From NCBI GenBank assembly GCA_011109175.1, contig RDEW01000016.1, positions 1,051,653 through 1,115,652 of the forward strand: a DNA stretch of 64,000 bases. Direction: 5' to 3'. The notes below the pieces were generated by a model that saw only the letters and a list, made by a program, of their open reading frames with translations, was not told where the DNA came from and made no database searches. The stretch comes from Dicyema japonicum. Lineage: Eukaryota > Animalia > Dicyemida. Below, piece after piece: positions 37,360 to 50,239 of this stretch; positions within the stretch are counted from its first letter, which is position 1, and each line of letters begins with the position of its first letter. Both the position numbers and the translations under genes were made by a program.

Positions 37360-37540
37360 TCTTATTTATTTAATAACCCCGGATATCCCGAAAAGAGGTA
37401 AGAGCTAACGTTTAATTAAGGTATATCCAATTCCAAAGGTCGGAATGGGACACATACTTTAATCATCACGGACATCAAAACTGTGGAATCCCATCACTGG
37501 AGCAGGAAAGGTAGGGATTCTTGGACCGTCCAGATATAAG
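37360..37540 (-). repeat. Second, diverged copy of the structured SINE-like repeat
   Basis: ccccggatat...atatccaattcca...gtggaatcc...ctggag parallels 15821-15965. Confidence 0.6.
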
Positions 37541-37707
37541 GCGTCTTCTGAGTTAAATGGATACATGAGGTCTCTAAAGACTTTAGTCTCTTCAGGGCAG
37601 CAGACTGAACCCTGATATTTGCCCAAGTCAAGTAACTTAAAAAGTTGAATTAATAATAAAATTGGATTATAATTTTAAAATGAAAATTCTATTTAAAAAT
37701 TCAAATC

Positions 37708-38348
37708 ATGGGAGTTTCCTGGTGAGTTTTTAATAATATACAGTGTTTCGGCTTTAACGGGGGAAGAATATAACAGCAGAAAGTCGTATGACAGCTTAAT
37801 CGAAAGTTTAAAAAAACTGCCAAGTCTCTCAGTCAAATCAACTATTGTAGGAGAGTTGGTAAATTATTATCCCAAAAATCCAGAAAGTTTACTAACTTTA
37901 TTATTCCACAGAGCCCCACGTGATGCTGCTCGAACATTCTGAATATTCAAATTTGTGCTTTGTTAAGACATTTTTTCCAAATTCGATCTTCGCTGTTCCG
38001 GTTGGTAAGGATTTCCGGAAAATCCTCAACGTAATTGCGGATCCTACGGCATCAAACCGCCACGGAAAGCAGGATATTGTTAGAATAAACGGAACCGTGT
38101 TTTCTGTCGAGGATTTTACCGTCGAGGTCGATTATGTTTCACTTCAGGATTCCTTTAAAGGGATATTAGTCCGTGTGACATACGAACCCTCCGAGAACTT
38201 GGACCACTCAATGTCTCTGTTACGGGAATTTGTCGAGGACTCACTGAATATTGTCCCCGAGGCCTATGACTTTTGCAATGGCCTTCAAATCGGCTTTTTA
38301 ATGGATAAGTATATTGAGAAAGTCGTATTTCTTCGTTGTTATTTGTGA
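37708..38348 (+). CDS. MED20: Mediator complex subunit 20; three exons
   Basis: MGVSCV start, LEHSEYS, GTVFSVEDFTVEV..FKGILVRVTYEP; introns 37722-37743 (22 nt) and 37887-37911 (25 nt) give one open frame. Confidence 0.8.
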
Positions 38349-38603
38349 TAGTTTTTTAGAATATTATTTCTAAATTTGTTCTTAGTGTTTGAATAGTAGT
38401 TGCTAGTCTAAGGAATTGTCTTATTCGTTTGGTGAGAGAGTATACAAAAATTCGGAAATTTGTTTTGAGACAAAGAATTATTCTTACAACTGGGAGGTCA
38501 GTCGGACAGGGTCTACTAACCAGGAGACTTGAATTCGGCTTGGAAACATAAAGTATTCGCTTATTTTTGTCTACTGATTAAGAGTAAATTGTTATTTTGT
38601 GGT

Positions 38604-40285
38604 TTTAGTGAGCATTTTCTAGTAGGTGTTGGAGTGCGGTCACATCCCGTGATACGAAATCCACATAATCCGCATAAGATGTCTCTTCTATTTCTCCTAT
38701 ATAGCATTTACGGAGGTCGCGGAGTGCAGATTCAAGGTATATGGTGAATAGTAAAGGGAAGAGGGAATCACCATGGGGTGTCCCAATCGTTGTTTTGAAA
38801 CTGCGGGAAGTTGCTCCTTCTGTCCTCACAGATAATCTTGTGTTCGCAAGTAGTAGTCTGATTATCCTAACCGACGATTCATCCAATATTTGCTCAAGCA
38901 CATTCATCAGTTTCTGTCTGTTTATTGAGTCGAAAACTCTGGAGATATCTATTCCCAACACGGTCGTTGCGCTCTTGAATCTTTGGTGCGTTGCGCAGCG
39001 CCATCTGTGGCTCCATACAATGTCTGCCGTAGACCTCCCTTCTCGGAACCCACTTTGACTTGCTGGTAGGATCCACCACACCCTTTATCCGGCTTAGTGC
39101 AATGTTTGCCAGCACCTTGCGTATCGAATTCAGATATATTATCGGGCGGAGATTTTCTACTGGTCCTTTTGATTTGTTCGATTTTTTATGGGTATTAATA
39201 ATCCATTTCCAAGTCCTATATCGGTATTAGATTCAAAGATGACATTTAGGGTTTTTACAATTGTGTCGATAAGTTTTTTTGTCTCATATCTTATGTTGTC
39301 CGGCCCAGCACTCTTGTTGTTCTTTAGTTTATTTAGCGCTAATTTTACCTTTTTCACTGTGATTGGGATTTTTAGCGCCTTTGCTTCTCCCTGGAAAAGG
39401 AAAGTCCTTATTTTTTTATTAAACAGTGTTTCGAAATGTCGTGCAATCAATTCTGCTTTTTTTTCCGGGTTACCCACGATTTTTTCATCTTCGTTTTTGA
39501 TGTGAAGGGTGTTTTGTCCTTTCACCTGCGAAGCTTGAGAAATGGTTTCTCAGCGTAAATGTAAACAAAACTGAAATTACGGAAATCAAAAGAGAAGGTG
39601 ATATTACTCACGAAAGATGGAGACATACTAATAAGCTCGGCTCTCTACTAGGAGACGCTGAAGATGTACTAAGGAGGAAAACTCTGGCAAATGCGGCAAT
39701 TGCTAAACTGAAAAAATAATGGCTAAGAGCCAAAGGATTTGGAATTGACATCAGATGCAGGCTTTACAACGCGTTTGTGAAACCGATCTACTGTACAACG
39801 CTGGGACATGGGGAAGTTCCTTCAACGAACTATTGAAACTGGATTCGTTCCATAGAAGGCAACTAAGAAGCTTACTCGGAATGGACTGGCCACGTAGAAT
39901 ATCAACCACTGGTATCTACAACAAGTGTATGTGTTCTTCATAAGCAAAAATGTGATAGATTCCCGGTGGAGGCTATTTGGGCATGTACTAAGAATGAACC
40001 CGTACGCACCCGCTAACAAAGCGATGGAAGATTACTTTGACAGTTGCGACAAACCCTTCCGTGAACGACCTAGATCGACACTTCCGACTGCCTTAAACAA
40101 AGACTAAATCGTATGAGAAAAAATCTAAAGACGGGGGACGACCTGGACGAATTGAGATCACTCGCATTCGACAGAGGAAGATGGAAAAGACTAACTATAA
40201 ATATTGTTTCTTTGAGTGTTGCACATGCGGGGCTATAAACATTATGGCTTTCGTAAAAGTGCCTTAATAATAATTTAGTAAGCAT
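38604..40285. mobile_element. RTE LINE copy B with inverted 5' segment (about 38612-39523 antisense, 39523-40273 sense)
   Basis: Both parts are highly similar to copy A; TSD tttagt(g/a)agcat at 38604-38615 and 40274-40285; (TAA)n tail. Confidence 0.92.
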
Positions 40286-40832
40286 ATTTTGAATCCCCAA
40301 ATGAAGGAGTTTACCAATTAAAATACTTGCTTTGGGTTGAAATCAAGGATTTAATATTGTAGAGTTTGTCCATAATTATCAGGAGTCTATGCACGACACG
40401 TAATAACAGATATAAGCCTTAAAACCATCTTTCTAATTTGGTAACATGAAAGTTCTTTGTCTTTAATACAATCCCACTCAGGATTGAGAGTAAAGTGAAT
40501 AAAAGAGGTCGCATATAATTTTAGTAAATAATAGAAATTATAAAAATTATCAGGGAATAGAGTAGGTCTTGTTATCCCTAGTTATATACTTATTATTGAC
40601 AAATTTCATTCATTTAAAACCAACAATCACCACTATTCAAAAAACACAGCAGTAGATGAATTACTTCATTAGCATCCCACATGCGACAAATTCATTTCCG
40701 GGAATCCACGTATTCTCCATATGCTTAGTCACTGTAGATGCCACTCTTTATTCAATATTTTACTACAACTATCCAAAGTTAATAAAAAATTATTAATTTA
40801 TTAAAAAGTAAACTCAATAAATACCAATATAT

Positions 40833-43800
40833 TTAAAATGGTTTGATTCTCCTTAAAAGAAGAGATATTTCACGTCTAAGATCCTGACCCAACGGAAAGG
40901 CAACAAGACTACAGACAATATCATACGCAGAATTTAGCCAATCCAAGACATATTCGTCAGACATCCGTCGAATATTCTCACAAAAAAAGACAACAGAACT
41001 ATCCCATAGCTCCATCCGCGTGGAGTCTTCCACAAATGACAGAAAATATTCCAAACACAAAATAGACTGTCTAACCAAATAAAACCACACAAAACGTTTT
41101 AATAATTTCAAAATGTAGATTTTTGTCTGAGTTTTCGGCAAAAACAGACATTTGAAATACAGATTGATGCTCATCGTCTCCTGTTTTGCAGTCAACTTCA
41201 CATCTGATCAAACAAATAACCAACCAATCGAATGACTCATCGACTGACACGAACTTTTGTAAGAGTCTAGCAGAAAATTAATTATCAGGTCGAAATCACT
41301 GGGAGATAGTGATCCCACGTGGGCAACACAGGAGGAATAATTGGCCTAAAGTCAACAACTCGCTAAACCACGCAGTTATCCTCATCATTTTTGTAGACAG
41401 AGCCAAGCAAGATGGAATCCATGGCCTCCAGCAGACTAATTCGAATGTCATCGTCAGGAAACAAATCAGATATGAAGTGACAAAAGACAGTCCAATGTTC
41501 TGAGCTAAAATTATGGGCATTTCGAAGGATAAAGATCGTCACACATTCAACGACGACCAAACTCAGGTTTTTATAGGCCAAACAGTGCCTCATCTGTTTG
41601 AGAATATACTCAAACTGATCCATCGTATCAGGCAAGTAGATGGTAACAATATTGTGCAAGATCTGCTTGGATGTGTTGACCATGGACTAATTGGTGATAT
41701 ACAAGTACCTCAGAAGAGTCATCCATGTTCACATTGTTCAGGACTCGGAATATTAGATTAAAGAAATCCATCCACCAGTGGACTTGGAACTCCCCATAGT
41801 ATGTTTTCACAATCTCAAACATCACCAGGAAGCCTCTGAACGTTAATTGGAAAACAACCTCGTGCGGACTTCGAGTGAGGAGTGATTTATGATCCGAGAC
41901 AACGCGAACAGGATGGGAAACCAACCAGTGACCCATATCTTTTCTCCAAAAAGCTGGAATTTACCAACGAGGGGTACCGATGAGTGTTTCTGAATAAGGG
42001 AGCTACACAATCGCATCAAATCAATAGCGTCCATGCAAATATAAAAATTATTCTCGTTTGTGGCGAATTCTGAAAGACATTTCACTGCATATTGGAACGA
42101 ATCAATAATGACTTGGGGATATTCAGGGTATACGGTCTCTGAATCGTCAAACACACAAAAACCGATAATTGAGACAATGGCTCCAAAAGTCTTGTGGTAA
42201 ATATCAGTCTGGTTGGTCACCACAATGGAAAAAATGTTGAAAATGCTCTTCCACCCGGATTTAATCTCGGGGGCCTTCAACATAATCATAGACATTATGC
42301 AGTCATGATCATTTTGCTGATGGCCTTAGACCTAAGAGTTCATAAACTCTGTATACGTAGTCTTCTCCATTATGTACTCGTAAGGTCGTAGGAAATCTTT
42401 GTGAAAGTGAAAATTCTCCAATTCGCCACGTTCAAAAAACTTCATGGCCATCTGTTTTAGTGAGTCCAAAGCTAAAAATCCGATATTCTCAGAGAAACAG
42501 GTCCCGACCTATTTTAACGTTATTTAATGTTAACTTTGTTGAAGTGGTTCCCAACAATACCCCAAATCCGTGACCAGAGAAGCCGAATCCTGTCCATATT
42601 GTAGTAGGTCACCTCCACAATCTTCTGGAGACTATAAATCCCAGGAGAATCCTTATCAGAGAGTTCTTCCATGGAAACCTTTGCGAGGGAATCGATAAAA
42701 TGAACTAAAGTCACAAAGATAGAAACCAATTGCATTTCCATCCAAATTGACTGACTGCGCGTACAGCTGATCTACGGAAACGAGGATCGGCTGACTGTAT
42801 GTCTCATTTAGAGTTTTTTGATCTACAATAATAGAAAAATGTACGAATTGCAAGTAACTGGACTCGTTCTAGCTGGGAAATACATCTGAGAATATCAATC
42901 CAGCCTTTTCCGATGTAGTTTCCGTACTGTCTCGCTATACTGATGAGCATGTGGATGGCTAGCACGTGTTTGTGTTTGATGGACGTGTGGACCGATGTAG
43001 ATTTGAGCATCGTAAAGGAGATCAGTGACTGCAGAAAGGCGTCCCGCTCAAGCTAAAATAAGTCTAAAAGGCAGAACCTGCATATTCAAGAAGCAACAAA
43101 TTTCCACAGACTTGCTAATCCCACTCAGGCACAATTCAACTATTTCTGAGTTGTCAAACCCGTGGATACAAGTCCCAAAAGTGGCCATCAGAGATGTCCA
43201 CAAAATCTATGCAATCAAATCAGAGGAAACCTCAAACATAGGCTTCACGTGGGCATTACGCAAAGCCATGTAAAACTGTGTGGTCTTTCTCTGGGAAGCG
43301 TTTTCTAGCATAGTCTCTGCAAGATTGACGATGCAGTCCAGTTCTAAGTTGTGTAGGGCATGTTTCGTCCTCTCATTGTCGAATCTCATGTTTTCTAGGA
43401 TTATTTATTAATCTAACTGGCACTGTTCTGTAGTGACTGTATTGGATGCTGGGCAATATCATCGTATATGTCTGAGAGAAATTTTTCCGAGGGAGGCTCA
43501 GAAGAAAGAGAACTTGTTAAGTTGGAAATAAATTCTGGCTTTGTCATTTTCCTTTCTTCTTTGATCTACAGTGATTCCAATGAGATCCACCTGGTCGTTG
43601 TGGAGATCTGTAGTCAGCATGATCACTGCGAATGATAGCACGTAAACGACGTCCGCATCCCCGGCGAAGAGACTAACAAATGGTTAAGTAATACCTCGGG
43701 TTGGCACCAGTGTATACAGAAGCAAACTTTTCCATGATTCGGTCAATTTTCTGGGCTTCTCCAGGCAGACGGAAATGGGAGAGGAATTTTCTTAGAGCAG

Positions 43801-45840
43801 ACAGAAACATCATATTGGAAAAGTCGAATGTCTCAACGTAGGAGTGCATAATTTCAATACATACACAAAAATGATAAAATTAAGTACTTTGAGTTGTCTC
43901 CAAGCAGATATCCAACGGAAGACTAAAAATAAGATTTGGAATTAAACATAAGTAAGACGGTCGTTGTTAAAGATAAACTTGGCGATTTCTGCAGGATCAT
44001 TGGGAGTGAAGGAATTTTCAATAAAATATTCCAGACCTTTGATGGGAGATTTATTAAATCTGATTAGACAACCTCATTACATATCAATTCCCTTCTCATA
44101 CATGGATTTTGACATCTTCTTCTTTTCAATGGAGTCCACTTGATAGCTGTCCTCTGTTAACTCACACGTGCTATCCAAATCAGCAGCCAAAGTGTCTAGA
44201 ATCAGCTAAAACCTCAACCTTGAGAAGACTGAGTCAGATTACTTGACTTTGGAGATTCTCTGTCGTCTCCAAGGCAGTTGAGTATGTAAACAAGGCAGCT
44301 GATCGCAGCAACGTGAAATTTGTGGGGAAGATCTACACAGAATTGCCTAAAAGAACAAAACCAGTGCGTTGGGCTATAAAGGCGACATCTACAACAAGTT
44401 TTTCGAACAAATTGTGGGATTTGATGTCACAGTCATAGTTCACATAGATGTCAAACAAATATTGAGGTTCTGTCCTCTCAAAACAGAAGCTTACCCCGAC
44501 AAAACGAAAATAGGCCTTTCATGACTCTCCATTTTAGATTGGCTGGGCAGGTTGAGGACTCAAGAATGTAAAATATGACCTTGTTGAAAATCACCTAAGG
44601 TCAGATAAATCACAAACTTCCAGCTGTTCCTTCAATTTGTCCCTCAAATTGGACCAAAGAATGAAAAAAACATCAACAGAAAGGTCCCCGATTTGGAAAT
44701 TCGAAAAACTGTTCTTCAGAATCCCCACACAAAGATGTTGTTTAATAGTAGAAATAAGAGGCTCGTTGGCAGTAAAAACGGACGTAAATTTTTTGATGAG
44801 CTCAAGTATTAAAGTCAAAGCAATGAATTTTAGCTTGTCGTCCCTAAATTTGTTTAAATGTGAATACGCGTTGGAAGGATCATATGAGAGCAGTTTAGAG
44901 AGACCAGCAAAGACAAAGGAGACTTGTTTAAGATTATCAGGGCAATCAGAGTCCACAGTCCAGTTGAGATTCGTGTGTTGACCCCTTCGGTTATTTATCT
45001 CCATCATAACGGTCTCTGAAATATTTGTGTCACATAAACCCAATTCTACTTCACATATCTTATATATGCCAGGAGAAACGCTATTTTCGACCATCTGATA
45101 CACCATAGAGTCCACAAATCCCAATGATTGGACTAAATTGATGGAAGGAGACTACCGTCTTCAGCATTGGTACTAGTGGGCACAAGCCTAGTGAAAATTA
45201 TCCCCAGAATTTGAGTCAAGGCTGCATTTGCGGTCGTTTGGATTTCTGAGTTCTCAAAGACTACGAAAATTTTGATGAGGCTGCGGATTATAAAGATCAT
45301 TGATTCTGGACACATTGCACGGTCATAGAGAGAGACGATCGTCAAAAAAATCTGAATTGAATTTTAAAAAACTCACTTTGGTATTCAGAATTTGAATTTG
45401 GTTTGATTTGCCGAATTTGTCAACAATCTCAAACAAAATGAACACGATTTTATCCACCAAAAGTCGAGAAGGGTCACTTAGATCTATCAAATACTCCGAG
45501 ACCATTCCATGCTCGAGTAATTTCTTTAAATTGAAAATGTCAGTTACCTGAAAGCAGTCCAAGACAACAACCACCAAAGTGGGACTCGAGACTGACTAGC
45601 GATCAGAAAGGAGCGAAGCAAGAGTAGACTACATTGGGATTGCTCGCAGATGTGAAAAAACTAAAATTTAATCCTATTACTCACTTTAAATCAAATTTCT
45701 CACTGTTGACTAGTTCTAATAGTTAAAATTGAAGACAAACCCTTTGTCTTTGTGATTATCTTCTTTAAGTCCCCGCAACTACGTTTTTTGCTATCCTTGC
45801 ACGCTGATAAATTCTGGAGCAAATTATCCAGGATATTCAT
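40833..45840 (-). CDS. ARFGEF1/2: Brefeldin A-inhibited Arf GEF (BIG1/BIG2/Sec71 type); multi-exon
   Basis: Sec7 motifs [18 protein letters not shown] and VIMLTTDLH; [42 protein letters not shown]; C-terminal [12 protein letters not shown]. Confidence 0.95.
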
Positions 45841-46429
45841 ATGATGATTATTTAAATGAATTTATCAGTTGTTTTTTAAATTTAGTTTATTTTTAATATT
45901 TAATTATATTTAATTAAAAATCATTGTCATTTAATTTGGAAATTTAAAAGACCACTATAACATCTGATAATTGATCGACTTTTGAAGACTGATAATACAT
46001 TTCATGCAGCATTAGACCTAGTGGTATGGCTCCCATAGGTCTTCTTTTCTTATTGCGGATCTAACCCTTCGTCTTGTTTTTTTAACTGCATGGAATAATT
46101 TATTGGATAGATCAGCAGTTCCGCGTATGAATACTGATTGTAAAGACCATAGAACTTAATTTTATATTATCTTAATATATGGAATAGTGGTTTTAAAGCT
46201 TAAAGTGTTACAGCAACCTCTATATTTAAGAAATTATTTTTATGAATTATGCTAATTTACTCAATTATGTTCTACCATGATTTTGCTATGGCAACTACTT
46301 AGCATACGACGGTTAAGAATAATTTTGCTGAGACTGTACTGCAGCTGTTACTTGCTAAGAAAGCAATGGAGATTTTCTGACAGAACCATTATTATCGTCA
46401 TCATCAGTCGCGTGGCTCACGTACGATGT

Positions 46430-49260
46430 GGTGGCATTGCACAATTTATGTGAAAAGGAGCCGCAAAATCCCTATCCCTTCTTCATTGAGACGTGGATGG
46501 TGTCGTGCATTACTACTTATTTCCGGCGATGTCTAACCGAATCCAGGACCGCCATTGATTATTGCCCAAATCAACATAAATGGAATTTGAACAAAGGTTA
46601 TTGAGATTACGATTTTTCAGTCCAACTCAGTGGATATCGCTGTAATTCAAGACTCAAAGGTTACTCATAAAGATTCAACTCCAACGTTTCCTGGATATTA
46701 CGTGCTCCGGAAAGACCGAAAATTTGGAAGAGGTGGAGGCTTACTTACCATTGTCTATAATCAGAGTAATGTTGTGGATTTTCAAATTACATATCAAGCT
46801 TTATGGACACTGAAGATCCATTAGAACAACTCACAGTGAAAATAAAGTTACACTCACTCCGAATGACTATAGCAAGTGTGTATATCCCTCCAATTTCTTT
46901 ATGCTATAAAGGCTATTGTCCTAATCTTGAACAGTTCACAATATTGGAAAGTTATAATTTGTGGAGATATGAACGCCAAGAGCCCAATTTGGTACACAAA
47001 CAATTGGACCGAAGAGGATCTATTATATTAGACAACATTGACGACTTGGTAATCCTTAACAACAGGAATAAACACACAGAACTCCTTCAAGAAATGGTGA
47101 CTCTCCAACCTCACCAGATCTGACTCTTGCCGCCCCATCAATTGCTTTGACTATTAAATGGGACATTATCTACGCACACAGATCACAATCCAATACTATT
47201 GAAAATCCTGGGAAAACACAAGATTAATGTAACTCGCAATACTTTCATCAACTTCTCACGTGCGAATTGGCTTGAGTACATGATTTTTATTGAAGACTCC
47301 CTATCCTCTTTCCGAATAGAGAACTTTCCCTCGATGGATTTATTAATGAAAAGATTTTGCAAGCCCGAAAAAAGTTTATTCCAAAGGGACGATTCAAGAC
47401 TTTTTCAGATAAATTCGACATAGAAAACGAGGGTCCTTATTGCAAGAAGAAATAAACTAAAGATAACTATAGAATACTGAAATTACAGATCTGAATAAGG
47501 AAATTACCAAAAGGATCAGAAATAAAAACAAAAAAATGGGAGGTTGCTTTGATGTCTGTAAACAGACACACAATGACATCATCCTTATGGAGAACACTAC
47601 GGAAACTCAAAAGATTCCTATACAACATACACCAGGAATTAATCCTGACACATTATGAAATTTTATGTCAGTTTAAGCCACAAACCATATTCAAACCGAA
47701 ACACAAGAAAAAATATCCATACATCGAATATTTCAAACCACTGGAGGTATTTCATGCAATTAAATACATGTAAATACAAAATCCAAAGGGGTGGATGACA
47801 TTTCAATTACTGAATTGAATCACTTGGGGCCAATAGCAATCGATGCCCTTACTGAGATTTTCAATTACTGTGAATAGAAATGGAATTCCCCTATTATGGA
47901 AAAAATCACTTATACATCCAATACCTAAAAAGAACAAAGCCTTAGACGACCCCTGGAGTTATCGTCCAATATCGATTCTTTGTGGTCTTTCAAGAACATT
48001 GGAAAAATTAATCCTCCGCAAGATTACTTATTCGCTCGATCTTGCTAGTTTCCAACATGGCTTCAGATCGGGATACTCAACTTCAACACATCTAACAAAA
48101 CTAACTCAGTTCGTCACGGATGGACTGAACTACTCAAAACCACATAAAAGAAAGGTACTTGTCGCTCTGGATATCGAGAAGGCGTTTGATTCGGTACCGA
48201 GGAAGACTCTAACAACAAAAATTTTGACACCGATATCCATCCGAAAATCCAGATGTGGCTGGCCAATTTCATTAATGGTAGAAGAGGCCAAGTTGTCATG
48301 AATAATAGAAAATCCTCCCCAACGGGGTCCCTCAAGGATCCCCTTTATCACCAACCTCGTTCAATTTATTTACAAGAGATCTTCCAAATCCAAACATCCA
48401 AAATACCATCCTTCTGTCTTATGCCGACGATCNAATGGTAGAAAAGGCCAAGTTGTCATTAATAATAGAAAATACCTCCCCAACGGGTCCCTCAAGGATC
48501 CCCTTTATCACCAACCTCGTTCAATTTATTTACAAGAGATCTTCCAAATCCAAACATCCAAAATACCATCCTTCTGTCTTATGCCGACGATCTCATTGTC
48601 GCAGCAAGACACCAAGACTATAAAGAAGCTGCACGTTCAGGAGACCCTCAACATTATGAACCCATGGAAAACCACATGAAAATATCCCCTGGGAAGTCGA
48701 GCACTCCGATTATCTCTTCCTACAGGAAACATACATCCTTCGATCCTAAATTAACTTGGAATGGATAGCTTATCCCAGTTAATAAGAACCCATCAATCCT
48801 TGGAGTTACATACGACCCGTTGATGATGTTCACACATCATGTGGACACAATAATTTCAAGAGTTCAAAAAAAATGGGGATCTCAAGACCTTTGCTAGATC
48901 TTCAATATCTTAACTTTCTCATCTCAAATTACCGACAATGGAACATGCATGTACGGCGTACACCCTTGTCAATATCCACCAGAACAAATTAGAGGGCATA
49001 CAAAACCAATGCCTCCGGATCCTTCTTAATGTGACAGAATGACGCCTACGTCAGAAATGAGGAACACATTAGATTTCAAAAAAGTGACGAACAAAAAATT
49101 CTTGAAAATGGTGCGATCTTCTGATAGCCCCTTGAAGATGAGCTTCTTGCCTACCAGAAGTATGCTCGCAAATTCGAGATCAAACCTTCCACCTTTTGTA
49201 CGATATAAAAAATTGCAATGTCGAAGCAAAGCAGGACGCACTGACACCGGGATCACTTAA
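46430..49260 (+). mobile_element. Near full-length decayed Ingi/Vingi-like (I-group) LINE: 2A-like motif, APE, RT
   Basis: LLLISGDV*PNPGP, QININGI, DRKFGRGGGL, SYRPISIL, QHGFRSG, LDIEKAFDSV, YADDL; many frameshifts; contains an N-joined duplicate (48274-48592). Clade call is inference. Confidence 0.85.
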
Positions 49261-50239
49261 TTAGACGATACTTTGTCCTCTTTCCAGTGTTCCCGGAGTC
49301 ATAATAATATCAACAGAGGTGGGTAATACCATGAGTTTTTGCAAACAGAAAAGTTTGTGAAAAGCGAAAGTATGTTCTCGCAAATGAATCATGATAATAG
49401 TTCCTCGTGTAATGAAATGTAATGGGATTATTGCTAAGGTATTGATACTGTCGGAAGTGGTTAGAAACCTCAAGGCTCATATATAGGCAAATGTGATCAA
49501 AGCACTCTATAGCGTGTCCTTGACTCACGCTAGTCGAATGCTCTTGTACAACCAACTGTGCAAGAGGAAAAAAATAGGATTTAACGGACTCTTTGTTAAG
49601 GGAAGGAAAAGATGTGAGAAATTTTCCGACAATAAACTGTGTCATTAATATAATCATATATGTGGAGCTTAATAATTTTGCTCATTTTTCGAACCCTGTG
49701 ATTTGTTGTATCCGATAAATCTTTAATTAGAATGTTGTGGCTCCCTATATCTTCAAATCCGTCAATTTGTCCATTCATATTGGAAGATAAGGGCTTTTAC
49801 CATGAACAATGTAAACAATTCTTCCATGTTAAAGAAATACAAATGCAGGCTAAGGAAGGAACGAAAAATTACATCTATAATAAGATGTAGACATGTGCAC
49901 AGTGCACCAGAGATACGATCTGTGTATTACTACCGGTCTTTTTCCAAAGAGTAGTAATGTTTCCATTACAAGCAATTTAGTGTTTGAGGTTCTCCAACAC
50001 ACTTTAGATCATCCACAAATTTTGGTTCTGAGTAGACCAAATTACTTGTTCCGTCGTCCTGAGTTTCCATTACATAATAATAACAGTTATTACAATTAAT
50101 CGAGGAATGAGGCACATCAAGGCTGTTCTTAGTTTTTTTAGGTTACATCTTTGTTGATTTATTATCATAATTATTTTTTATTGATCCATTATTAATCTGC
50201 TTGACTTATTAATTGATTTTATAGTCTATTTGAATTATG

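Noticed and set aside
46374-46407. Hammerhead-like CUGAUGA-UGAC/GUCA-GAAA on the minus strand
   Set aside because: Stem II forms but I could not build stems I and III with an NUH site; it is antisense to the element.
48274-48592. About 160-bp duplication in the Vingi-like RT
   Set aside because: The junction is the N at 48433; assembly artefact.
49261-50130. Possible gene or transposase in short minus-strand ORFs
   Set aside because: No consistent spliced frame or recognisable motif could be assembled; left unannotated, as were 32440-33000, 35050-35800 and 52200-52960.
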